From: Candidatus Heimdallarchaeota archaeon
GTDB taxonomy: Archaea; Asgardarchaeota; Heimdallarchaeia; Heimdallarchaeales; Heimdallarchaeaceae
Direction: 5' to 3'
DNA: 48,440 nt
Assembly: GCA_016839945.1 (NCBI GenBank)
Contig: JAEOTE010000063.1
Location: forward strand, 1 to 48,440
How positions within the stretch are numbered: the first letter of the stretch is position 1; the number at the start of each line of letters is the position of its first letter. Positions 1-8,513 of this stretch are shown piece after piece. The translations under genes and the position numbers were made by a program. The notes under the pieces are model-generated. The model saw only the letters and a list, made by a program, of their open reading frames with translations, made no database searches and was not told where the DNA came from.

Positions 1-356
1 ATTACAGGTGCAAGAAGTGAATGATCTTCAAGAATACTTGTTACTATTTTTTTCTCTTTAATTTCCTTACCTGCGAATAAAGCATTTGTAATTGCAACTT
101 CTTTGGAAGGAAGGAAAGAAACTTGCGAAGATTCAATCTTGAAAAAGTTACTAAGAAATTCTCTATTGTTTTCTAGTTCTTTCAAGTTTTTTAATATATC
201 TTGACTGACACCTCTAAAAGCAGCGCTACTACTGTGTTTGTAATGTTCAACCATTTTTTCTATTGAAGTTACAGGCATTTTACCGATTGTTGCAGAATCA
301 AGATAAATTTGATTTTTAGGAATTTCAAAATCAATATTAAATCTAGAAACCTTCAT
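1..356 (-). CDS. SufS-like class V aminotransferase-fold protein, 5' part only (runs off the window); paralog of 537..1730
   Basis: Not in the ORF track. Manual translation from ATG at 356 gives MKVSRFNIDFEIPKNQIYLDSATIGKMP...SFLPSKEVAITNALF...KIVTSILEDHSLLAPV, colinear with the N-terminus of 537..1730. Confidence 0.85.
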   Translation of the reverse strand, partial: MKVSRFNIDFEIPKNQIYLDSATIGKMPVTSIEKMVEHYKHSSSAAFRGVSQDILKNLKELENNREFLSNFFKIESSQVSFLPSKEVAITNALFAGKEIKEKKIVTSILEDHSLLAPV

Positions 357-463
357 CGTATTCTAACAGTTGTTTTATTTGTCCTTTTAAAACATTACTA
401 GTTTTATTGGTAGAGAATATTTTGTAATCGCAACACTTGAATATATTAAAAAATAATTAGTAT

Positions 464-527
464 TAGGAATGATCGAAAGGCATTTGATTTAGCAAAAGCT
501 ATGAAATCAAGAAGCTAAGGTGACCTA
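464..527 (+). ncRNA. possible K-turn / box C/D-like small RNA
   Basis: TAGG-A-ATGATCG...GTGA-CCTA: 4-bp terminal stem, 3-nt bulge, tandem GA pairs and a compensatory C-G pair. Has an internal hairpin, an AT-rich TATA-like element upstream and a T tract downstream. Confidence 0.3.
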
Positions 528-536
528 TAATTTTTC

Positions 537-1730
537 TTATTTAATTTCATTCATAATTGAACCAAGAGTTTCTGTAAAAACTTTGATTTCTTCCTCAGTA
601 TTGTATAGATGAGTTGATACTTGTACAAGGGAATCTTGTTTTATCTCATCCATAAACAAATGAGAACATAAAGCCCCACTTCTAACCATAATAGTACTCA
701 AATCTTCTAAGATTATAGCGATATCATGAGCATCTACTAATTCACTCATGAAAGATAAAATAGGACCATATATGATGTTTTCATGTTGAACTATTTCAAT
801 ATTAGTTATATCTTTTAAACCTTTAGTCAGTAATTCTCTAAGCTTTGTTTCATGTTTTCTAATGTTTTCAAAACCTACATCTGATAAAAGTTGCAAACTG
901 TTTGCTAAACCTGCAAAGGCACCTGCATTTAATGCTCCTGGTTCAAATTTTCCGCTTCCACTTGCTAGTTTGAATTTTTGTTTCTCTAATGATATAACTG
1001 AACCTCCACCAACAAGCAAAGGCATTGTTTTATCAAGCATCTCCTTTGATAAAATTTGAAAAGCTGTTCCTTGTGGTCCTAGAGCACCATTATATCCTGA
1101 AGAGATTATGATGTCTGCGATATTTTCATTGAAACTAAATTTCTCATGCCCAATAGCATAGCTAATATCAAGAATAAACTTAATTTCATTTTCTTTACAA
1201 ATCTTAGAAATTGATTCCCAATCTCTTTTTACTCCCATTCCAAGAGTCAAAGCTGATAAAAAAACTGCTTTTGTATTAGGATCTATTTGCTTTAAGATTG
1301 CTTCAGCTATGTTTTCTTCATCTGGAATATTGAGATAGTTCAGCTCTGTTTTATTTATCTCGCAATATCTAATTGCAGGTGCAAGGACTGAATGATCTTC
1401 CAAAATACTAGTAACTATTTTTTGATTTTTTGGAATATTCAAAGAAAAAAGTGCATTTAAGACTGCTATTTCCCTTGAAGGAAAGAATGACAGCTGATTG
1501 TTATCCACAGAAAAAATCTTCGCAATCTTATCTCTTTGATTTTCAATAAATCTTGAAGCTTGTAGAGCGGTTTTATGAGTACCTCTCCCGATCCCTCCAC
1601 CATGATCCTTATAGAATTCTTCAACTAGTTTAATCGATTTGATAGGAACTTTCCCAGCAGTAGCTGAATCGAGATAAATCTCATCCTCTGAAAGATAAAA
1701 ATCAATTCCAAATCTAGAACTAATTGTCAT
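537..1730 (-). CDS. SufS-like cysteine desulfurase homolog with degenerate PLP site
   Basis: YLDSAT, GGG, FEPG and RSGALCSH (SufS-type RxGxxC) present. SGYNGALGPQG replaces SGHKxxxGPxG. Confidence 0.85.
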   Translation of the reverse strand: MTISSRFGIDFYLSEDEIYLDSATAGKVPIKSIKLVEEFYKDHGGGIGRGTHKTALQASRFIENQRDKIAKIFSVDNNQLSFFPSREIAVLNALFSLNIPKNQKIVTSILEDHSVLAPAIRYCEINKTELNYLNIPDEENIAEAILKQIDPNTKAVFLSALTLGMGVKRDWESISKICKENEIKFILDISYAIGHEKFSFNENIADIIISSGYNGALGPQGTAFQILSKEMLDKTMPLLVGGGSVISLEKQKFKLASGSGKFEPGALNAGAFAGLANSLQLLSDVGFENIRKHETKLRELLTKGLKDITNIEIVQHENIIYGPILSFMSELVDAHDIAIILEDLSTIMVRSGALCSHLFMDEIKQDSLVQVSTHLYNTEEEIKVFTETLGSIMNEIK

Positions 1731-1815
1731 GGATAAAGAGAAAATGTGGTGCTTGTTTTAAAGATTTGTTTCACAACAGCATTTTTTTATATAGAAATAG
1801 TTTCAATGCACTTTA

Positions 1816-2271
1816 ATGTCAAAAGATTCTCAAGAAAAAAAACTCAACTTCAAAAAAGAAGCAAATGACTTAGTTTCTTGTTTTAACAATATCTTGGAAA
1901 ATTTTAGTTCCAAAAAAGATCATGAGTTATATGAGGATTTATGGCATTTAAGAGCAGAATTAGAAATATTAACTATTGAAATCCAACACAGTTTAGATTT
2001 GGAAAGCAGCCTTCAAAAATGGCAAAAAAACTTCTTTAAAGATCTAAAAGGTACTAGCTCGAAAACTAAAGCTAAAACAAAACTAGACGAGTTTAAGGAA
2101 GTGCTTGTAGATTTTTCCAATTGTTCATCTAGCAAACTTGATGAGTGCTACAAATTTCTCTGGAAGTTAAAAGAAATTATTGCATCTGTTTTATCAGCTT
2201 TCCCTGCAGAAAAATACAAATGGATCAATGGAGAATTTCAAAAAGAAGATGAAAAAGTCTTCGAAATTTAG
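1816..2271 (+). CDS. hypothetical helical protein
   Basis: 151-aa ORF with typical composition; no recognised motif. Confidence 0.7.
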   Translation: MSKDSQEKKLNFKKEANDLVSCFNNILENFSSKKDHELYEDLWHLRAELEILTIEIQHSLDLESSLQKWQKNFFKDLKGTSSKTKAKTKLDEFKEVLVDFSNCSSSKLDECYKFLWKLKEIIASVLSAFPAEKYKWINGEFQKEDEKVFEI

Positions 2272-2332
2272 ACATAAATCTGCATTACACCTATCATTAA
2301 GTATAAAATAGAATAAGATAGATGGATAGCAT

Positions 2333-2827
2333 ATGAGTATGAGTATCAAGAAACCAGAGTTTCCTGATGACAAAGACAGAATACGCGAAGCTATGCAATT
2401 AGAACGCTATATCTGTCCTCATAGAGAAATAAACTATCCATGTGTAATCTGCAAAGAATGCAGAGAAATGGATCTCAAACAATATTCTCTAAAAAATGGT
2501 TTTATAGAAAAAACAAAAAATTCAAGCTTGATATCACTTATACTCGAATTAAGAGATCCTTTCGATGATATGTTACTCAATAGATTAAGTTTTGCTTTAG
2601 CTGAAGCAACAGGGATAATTCAGAAAGAACCTGAACCTGGTTTCTCTATAACATTTTATATCTCTGAAGCTTTAATGGAAAAAGTACAAGAGAAAGAGAA
2701 ATTAGTCGAATTTATTGCTGATTTTCAACATAGATTCTTATCAGAAACAATAGCAGCACGAAGTGCATTAAATAAATGGGAAAGATCAACTACACAAAGA
2801 CTCTTGTGGGATATGAGCATTGTATAA
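2333..2827 (+). CDS. hypothetical protein with N-terminal Cys/His cluster
   Basis: CPH-x6-CxxCxxC, a possible metal site. Confidence 0.7.
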   Translation: MSMSIKKPEFPDDKDRIREAMQLERYICPHREINYPCVICKECREMDLKQYSLKNGFIEKTKNSSLISLILELRDPFDDMLLNRLSFALAEATGIIQKEPEPGFSITFYISEALMEKVQEKEKLVEFIADFQHRFLSETIAARSALNKWERSTTQRLLWDMSIV

Positions 2828-2839
2828 AAAAAGTAGAAA

Positions 2840-2856
2840 CTAGCTCGTAGAGCTAG
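2840..2856 (-). terminator. hairpin plus T-rich tract downstream of 2864..4891
   Basis: CTAGCTC-gta-GAGCTAG, followed on the minus strand by TTTCTACTTTTTTT. Confidence 0.55.
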
Positions 2857-2863
2857 AAAATTG

Positions 2864-4891
2864 TTAGAGTTTTTTCTTCTTGCGTAGAATAGATATTGTT
2901 ACAAAGATTGTTAATAAACCAAAAGCTAGACTGAGATAAACAACAAATTCTGATACATGAGGAAGCTCATAAACAACATATTGACACATAGATGTACTGT
3001 TGGATATTCCATCGCTAGCAACAACTACATAGTAGTAGATTCCTTCAGCAGGGAGGGTGTCTAAGAACTCGCTTGTTACATCGGAATAGATCGGAGATAG
3101 TCCCTCTATTGACCAAATAAAGGATGTAGAGCGATAAAGGGTGTACAATACTGCTCCATCAATATCATTCCAATCCAAAAAGACTGAACTGGTATCTGTT
3201 GGATTAGGTGTTATAAAAGCTAAAACTGGTGGTGCAAGTGAAGGTATCTTTACTTCCACATATTGACAATTAGAATTAGTAGTATTAACTCCAAAGCTTT
3301 CAGCAACAATAGAATAGTAGTAGAAACCGTTTGAACTTATTGAATCAGTATAATCACTCGAAGAAGTTGTATCTATTGGTGAAAGACCTTCTAGAGACCA
3401 GATGTAATCAGAGGATTTGTATATATAATAAATTGTAGATCCGTAAACACTATTCCAATTGAGATTGATTGTGCCTGAAGTGCTTGGATTTGGAACAATG
3501 AAAGCTAATTCTGGAGCTACTAAAGAAATAGATGAATGAGTATAAAAAATATCCCTATCTATTCCACAGGATTCGTAATCAGTATAGTCAAACCAAGCAA
3601 TATGAACATTTCCTAAAGAATCTACTGCAATTTCAGGTGCTATAGAACCCTCAGTACTTATAGTAGAAATGATTTCTGTGATTGTCCAGGTGACTAATGA
3701 ATTATCCCACCGTTTATAGAAAACATCTGCATCATCTCCACTTCCTGCATAATTAGTTAGATCATACCAAGTAATGTGAATGTTTTCAGCTGAATCAACT
3801 ATAAGTTTGGGACGATATATATCATAGGTGCTCTCTGTAGAAACTACTTCTGTAATTAACCAGGAGTTAAGGATTGCATCCCATTTTTTGAAAAAGATAT
3901 CTGCAAAACCTCCACTTCCTGCATAGTCTGTATAATCACTCCATACTGTGAAAACGTTTCCTTGAGAATCTACATCAATAACAGGATAATAAGAATTCCC
4001 ACTGCTTTCTGTTGAAACAACTTCTGTAGTCATCCATGAGACAGATGAAACATTCCATCTCTTATAGAATACATCAGTATCTGTTCCGCATCCGGCATAG
4101 TTTGTATAATCCCACCAAGCAATGTGTATATTTCCTGCGAAATCTACTTTTATAGAAGCATCAAACGAATTTGCAGTACTTTCTGTTGAAACTACCTCTG
4201 TATTAGTCCATGTGTATGTGCTTGCATTCCATCGTTTATAGAAGATATCATAGTCAGTTCCACTACCATCATAAGGAGTATTGTCATTCCAAGCTAAATG
4301 TACATTCCCTAGAAAATCCGTATCAATAGAAACATAATTTGAGCTAGAAGTACTTTCTGTAGAAACAACTTCAGTTGTATTCCATGTCTTTGTGATTGGA
4401 TTCCAACTTTTATAAAAAACATCTTTATCCGCACCACTTCCAGCATAGTTTGTATCATCCAACCAAGCTACATGAATATACCCAGCATAATCTACTTCAA
4501 TAACGGGATATTCAGATGGTTGAGTGCTTTCAGTTGAAACAACTTCTGAACCCATCCATGTCTTTGTGCTTGCATTCCATCGTTTATAGAAGATATCACC
4601 ATCTGAACCACTTCCTAAATAATCAGTCCATTCTTCCCAAACTATATGGATATTATCTTCTGAATCAATCGTTATACTAGGATCTTCTGAAATAGAAGTA
4701 CTAAAGTTAGAAAGCACATCTATTTTTTCCCACTCCCAAGAAGATTTTTCAATTGAATTTAAGGAGTCCTGCAAATCTTCATCGTTCTGTAAAGCAATAA
4801 TGTTTCTATTATGTGATGCTGGATTCCAGATTAAAAAACTAATAATAAAAACATTTAAACAAAATAAAAAAATTAATCTTTTTTTGTTCAT
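2864..4891 (-). CDS. cell-surface protein: signal peptide, 7 repeats of about 58 aa (beta-propeller), 2 fibronectin-III-like domains, C-terminal TM plus basic tail
   Basis: Repeat consensus PxIxVDSxGNxHIAWxDxTxYxGxGxDxDIFYKxWxxxxxxWxxTEVVSTES; two LxW..Y..Y(R/K)S..YYYxxVA domains. Start moved from 4936 to 4891 (MNKKR) because of an upstream GTGA and the paralog's length. Confidence 0.85.
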   Translation of the reverse strand: MNKKRLIFLFCLNVFIISFLIWNPASHNRNIIALQNDEDLQDSLNSIEKSSWEWEKIDVLSNFSTSISEDPSITIDSEDNIHIVWEEWTDYLGSGSDGDIFYKRWNASTKTWMGSEVVSTESTQPSEYPVIEVDYAGYIHVAWLDDTNYAGSGADKDVFYKSWNPITKTWNTTEVVSTESTSSSNYVSIDTDFLGNVHLAWNDNTPYDGSGTDYDIFYKRWNASTYTWTNTEVVSTESTANSFDASIKVDFAGNIHIAWWDYTNYAGCGTDTDVFYKRWNVSSVSWMTTEVVSTESSGNSYYPVIDVDSQGNVFTVWSDYTDYAGSGGFADIFFKKWDAILNSWLITEVVSTESTYDIYRPKLIVDSAENIHITWYDLTNYAGSGDDADVFYKRWDNSLVTWTITEIISTISTEGSIAPEIAVDSLGNVHIAWFDYTDYESCGIDRDIFYTHSSISLVAPELAFIVPNPSTSGTINLNWNSVYGSTIYYIYKSSDYIWSLEGLSPIDTTSSSDYTDSISSNGFYYYSIVAESFGVNTTNSNCQYVEVKIPSLAPPVLAFITPNPTDTSSVFLDWNDIDGAVLYTLYRSTSFIWSIEGLSPIYSDVTSEFLDTLPAEGIYYYVVVASDGISNSTSMCQYVVYELPHVSEFVVYLSLAFGLLTIFVTISILRKKKKL
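4217..4598. repeat. 34-bp perfect intragenic direct repeat (4217-4250 and 4565-4598)
   Basis: TGTGCTTGCATTCCATCGTTTATAGAAGATATCA occurs twice, 348 bp (2 x 174) apart. Confidence 0.9.
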
Positions 4892-5005
4892 AATAATCAC
4901 TTTTTTGTTATTTTTATTAAATTCATTACGAACCATATTATGATTCGAAATTGTCTAGTATACTCGATTAGAAAAATAAAGTTTGCTAGAGAAAATGGAA
5001 AAAAG

Positions 5006-5022
5006 CTAGCTCAAAGAGCTAG
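5006..5022 (-). terminator. hairpin plus T tract downstream of 5030..7063
   Basis: CTAGCTC-aaa-GAGCTAG, the same stem as 2840-2856, followed on the minus strand by CTTTTTT. Confidence 0.6.
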
Positions 5023-5029
5023 AAATTTG

Positions 5030-7063
5030 TTAAAGTTTTTTCTTCTTTCGAAGGAGTGTCATTGTAACAAAGATTGTTGATAAGCCAAATACTAAACTTA
5101 TAATAACCACAAATTCTGAGACATGAGGAAGCTCATAAATTACATATTGGCAAACAGAAGAGCTATTGTAGGTTCCATCACTAGCAACTACGACATAATA
5201 GTAGACTCCTTCTGCAGGTAAAGTATCTAAATATAAGCTTGTTACATCAGAGTAGATAGGAGTAAGTCCTTCTACTGACCAAATGAAGGATGTGGAACGA
5301 TAAAGAGTGTAGAGAGTTGCATCTGGTACATCATTCCAATCAAGATTGATGGTTGCACTTGCAGTCGGATTCGGAACAATGAACGCTAGAACTGGTGATG
5401 AAAGAGAGGGGATGGATACCTCAACATACATGCAATTTGATTTGGAGCTGTTTCCAATAGCTGTTTCAGTTACAATACAGTAATAATAGAATCCGTTAGA
5501 GAATAACGTATCTGTATAATTATTGGAAGTGACTGTTACTATAGGTGTCATTCCTTCAATCGACCAAATGTAAGAAGTAGACCTAAAAACATGATATTTG
5601 ATTGCTTCAAATATATTATTCCATTCAAGGTATATGTCTCCAGTTGTACTGGGATTAGGCACAATAAAAGCTAATTCTGTAGAAGTTGCTAAAGGTTTGT
5701 AATATTTTTTATAGAAAATATCTATATCTACTCCACAATCATTATACTCGAAGGGATCACACCAACTAACGTGTATATTTCCTCTCAAATCTACAAAAAG
5801 GTCAGGATAAGTAGTATGTTCAGTACTTTCTGTGGAAACAACAATTTGAGGACTCCAGATATTTGTTTCATAATCTAAACTTTTGTAGAAAATATCAAGA
5901 TCAGTACCAGAGCCATTATAATCCGTTGCATCCCCCCAAATAATATGGATATCATTTTCAGAATCTATTGCAATTTTACATTCACTAGATTGTCCTGTAC
6001 TTTCATAAGAAACAACTTCAGTTGTTGTCCAAGAAGAAGAAGTCAAATTCCACAATTTATAGAAGATATCATAATCCCCTCCTGCACCATTATAGTTTGT
6101 TAAATCAAACCAAGCGATATGAGCATTGTGGTTAGAATCAACTACTAGAGAAGCTCTATATGAATCACTTGTACTCTCGGTAGAAACTATCTCGGTAGTA
6201 GTCCAAGCAGATATTGAGGAATTCCATTTTTTGTAGAAAATATCCTCATCGGTTCCTGCTCCTCCAATATTAGTATCATCGTTCCAAGCAATGTGTATGT
6301 TTTGATCTGAATCGACATCAATGGAAGCATACCAAGATCCTCCACCACTTGTACTTTCTGTTGAAACAACTTCTGTAATTGTCCAAGAGGAAAGTGTTTT
6401 GTTCATACACTTATAGAATATATCAGCACCAATTCCTGCTCCTCCGTAGTCAGTTCCATCACTCCAAGCTACATGAAGATTATCAAAAGAATCTATAGTA
6501 AGATCTGGAGTGTTTGAATCGCCAGTACTTTCTGTTGATATTACTTCTGTTGTGGTCCAAATTTCTGTTACAACATCCTTTTTTTTGTAAAAAATATCTC
6601 TATCATTTCCACATCCTCCTAAATTAGTATAATCATACCAAACAACGTGAACATTATTTTGAGAATCGATAGCTAAGGAAGGACCATAAGAACCACTTGT
6701 ACTTTCAGTAGAGATCACCTCTGTGTCACTCCACTCTAATTTTGAGGTTTCCCATTTTTTGTAAAAAATGTCATTATCTGTTCCACAATTGCTATAATTT
6801 GTTTTATCCTCCCATACTACATGTACATTACCAAAAGAATCAACAGCAAGAGATGAGTCGATAGAATCACTTGTACTTTCGGAAGAAATAACATCCAGTG
6901 AACTCCATAACCAGTTTGTTCTATCAAAGGATTCTATTAATTCTTGAGAATCCCAATTTTGCTGAAGCGCATTTATGTTAAGACTTTTTGTAGATGGGTA
7001 GAAGAATACCACACTTACTAAAATAAATAAAATAAGATAGCTGTAAACTTTTTTGTTTTTCAT
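5030..7063 (-). CDS. cell-surface 7-repeat beta-propeller + 2 FN3-like + TM protein; tandem paralog of 2864..4891
   Basis: Same architecture; nearly identical C-terminus (YELPHVSEFVV...LRKKKKL); GAGGAG RBS upstream. Confidence 0.88.
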   Translation of the reverse strand: MKNKKVYSYLILFILVSVVFFYPSTKSLNINALQQNWDSQELIESFDRTNWLWSSLDVISSESTSDSIDSSLAVDSFGNVHVVWEDKTNYSNCGTDNDIFYKKWETSKLEWSDTEVISTESTSGSYGPSLAIDSQNNVHVVWYDYTNLGGCGNDRDIFYKKKDVVTEIWTTTEVISTESTGDSNTPDLTIDSFDNLHVAWSDGTDYGGAGIGADIFYKCMNKTLSSWTITEVVSTESTSGGGSWYASIDVDSDQNIHIAWNDDTNIGGAGTDEDIFYKKWNSSISAWTTTEIVSTESTSDSYRASLVVDSNHNAHIAWFDLTNYNGAGGDYDIFYKLWNLTSSSWTTTEVVSYESTGQSSECKIAIDSENDIHIIWGDATDYNGSGTDLDIFYKSLDYETNIWSPQIVVSTESTEHTTYPDLFVDLRGNIHVSWCDPFEYNDCGVDIDIFYKKYYKPLATSTELAFIVPNPSTTGDIYLEWNNIFEAIKYHVFRSTSYIWSIEGMTPIVTVTSNNYTDTLFSNGFYYYCIVTETAIGNSSKSNCMYVEVSIPSLSSPVLAFIVPNPTASATINLDWNDVPDATLYTLYRSTSFIWSVEGLTPIYSDVTSLYLDTLPAEGVYYYVVVASDGTYNSSSVCQYVIYELPHVSEFVVIISLVFGLSTIFVTMTLLRKKKKL

Positions 7064-7205
7064 TTAAACTCCTCATTTATTAATTTCTTAATGAATATCT
7101 CATTAGTCGAAATTATTTACTATCCTTTTTACTAAAGATAAGTCTTGCTAAACAAGTGCAATAATCTTCTATAAAAAATACAAATTTTAGTAAAAAAGAG
7201 AAAAA

Positions 7206-8348
7206 CTATGAAACACTCTTCCAATATAAACCTATATCATCAGCATGTTTTCGAACTTCATACATTTCTGAAGTTTTAGGACGACGATTAATTTCTGGAA
7301 ATTCTCCTCGAAGAACTTTATAATCAGCGTGGTATTGAGCCATGATATTAACAAGAGGAGTTTTGAGATTTTCATTAATCCAATCGAGAATAGGAATAGA
7401 ACAACACTTTGTATGCTCAGGCATAACTAAATGTCTAATAACATACTCTCCACTACCTCTTTCTTCAATCATCTTCATATTGCGTTGAATTGCGTCCCAA
7501 TATTTTGGAGCTTTAGAGTACTTTGCTGCACAATCATTGTTAGAATATTTCATATCTGGCAGCCAAATATCAAAAAGATCTGATAGTATTTTCATGCTGG
7601 TTTCAGTAAGATACATATTACTATTCCAGAGCATAGGAACATTTACTTGAGCATCTAAGAAAGATTCAACAATAACATGCATATTAGGAGTAGGATCTCC
7701 ACCAACGAAATTGATATTTCTTGCATTTTGATTGACAAGAGAATAATACATTCGTGCTAATTCAACAGCTGATGTATCTTTACCTCTGAATCTGTCTAAA
7801 TTGAATTCTTGACTTATATCATGATTCTGACAAAAAGTACATTTCATGGTACAACCATAGAAGAAGATTGTTCCACTTGGAACAATAGGAGACTCTTCTC
7901 CCATATGAATGAAAGCTGAAGAAACATAAGCTTTCCCATCTACTCCACACACACCAATTTTTCCTTCAGCTCTATTAGCATTACACATATTCTCACAGAA
8001 TTCACAAGAAAAGAGAATCTTCTTAAGTAGGACAACTTTCAATTTAAGATAATTATTCTCCTTTATTTCATCCTCTTTATTCTTTGAGAAAACTTCTTTT
8101 TCAATTTCTTCTATCGTTAGTTCTTGCTTTTCAGCTAACCATTCTTTGAATTTAGGATGATAATGTTCATGAATATTCATTAGTTCCTCAATAGGTTTTG
8201 TTTCATCAAATTTAACATAAAATAAACGCGCTAACTTATATCTAGGTAATCTCTTACCTTGGAAAATCTCTCTATAATGAACCAATCTATCTTGTAATTC
8301 TACCTGTTGCCAAACAGTCATGGCATCTTTACGAAGTAAGGACCACAT
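7206..8348 (-). CDS. PflX-like radical SAM protein
   Basis: CEFCENMC...GVC, HMGEE, SGTIFF, CTMKCTFCQN, GGDPT, RHLVMP motifs. Confidence 0.85.
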   Translation of the reverse strand: MWSLLRKDAMTVWQQVELQDRLVHYREIFQGKRLPRYKLARLFYVKFDETKPIEELMNIHEHYHPKFKEWLAEKQELTIEEIEKEVFSKNKEDEIKENNYLKLKVVLLKKILFSCEFCENMCNANRAEGKIGVCGVDGKAYVSSAFIHMGEESPIVPSGTIFFYGCTMKCTFCQNHDISQEFNLDRFRGKDTSAVELARMYYSLVNQNARNINFVGGDPTPNMHVIVESFLDAQVNVPMLWNSNMYLTETSMKILSDLFDIWLPDMKYSNNDCAAKYSKAPKYWDAIQRNMKMIEERGSGEYVIRHLVMPEHTKCCSIPILDWINENLKTPLVNIMAQYHADYKVLRGEFPEINRRPKTSEMYEVRKHADDIGLYWKSVS

Positions 8349-8513
8349 TAATATTTATTACACCTTATCTATGAAATATCTTTTGCTTTACTTAAAAAAA
8401 GAAATTAGACCGAATTTTCACCTATTAATATTTATTACTATTATTCCAGCTGATTTTATTGTGTTAGTTTAAAAAAATTTAATAACCGAACTTTAAATTG
8501 CTACTTGAACTTA

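Noticed and set aside
461-530. Fluoride riboswitch resemblance (GGAATGAT...GCTAAGGTGACCTA)
   Set aside because: The pseudoknot pairings are not satisfied, it is on the opposite strand to the flanking genes, and no fluoride exporter follows.
3500-6900. Periodic ~174-bp repeats considered as a CRISPR array or DGR
   Set aside because: They are in-frame protein repeats; there is no spacer structure, cas gene, reverse transcriptase or adenine-specific variation.
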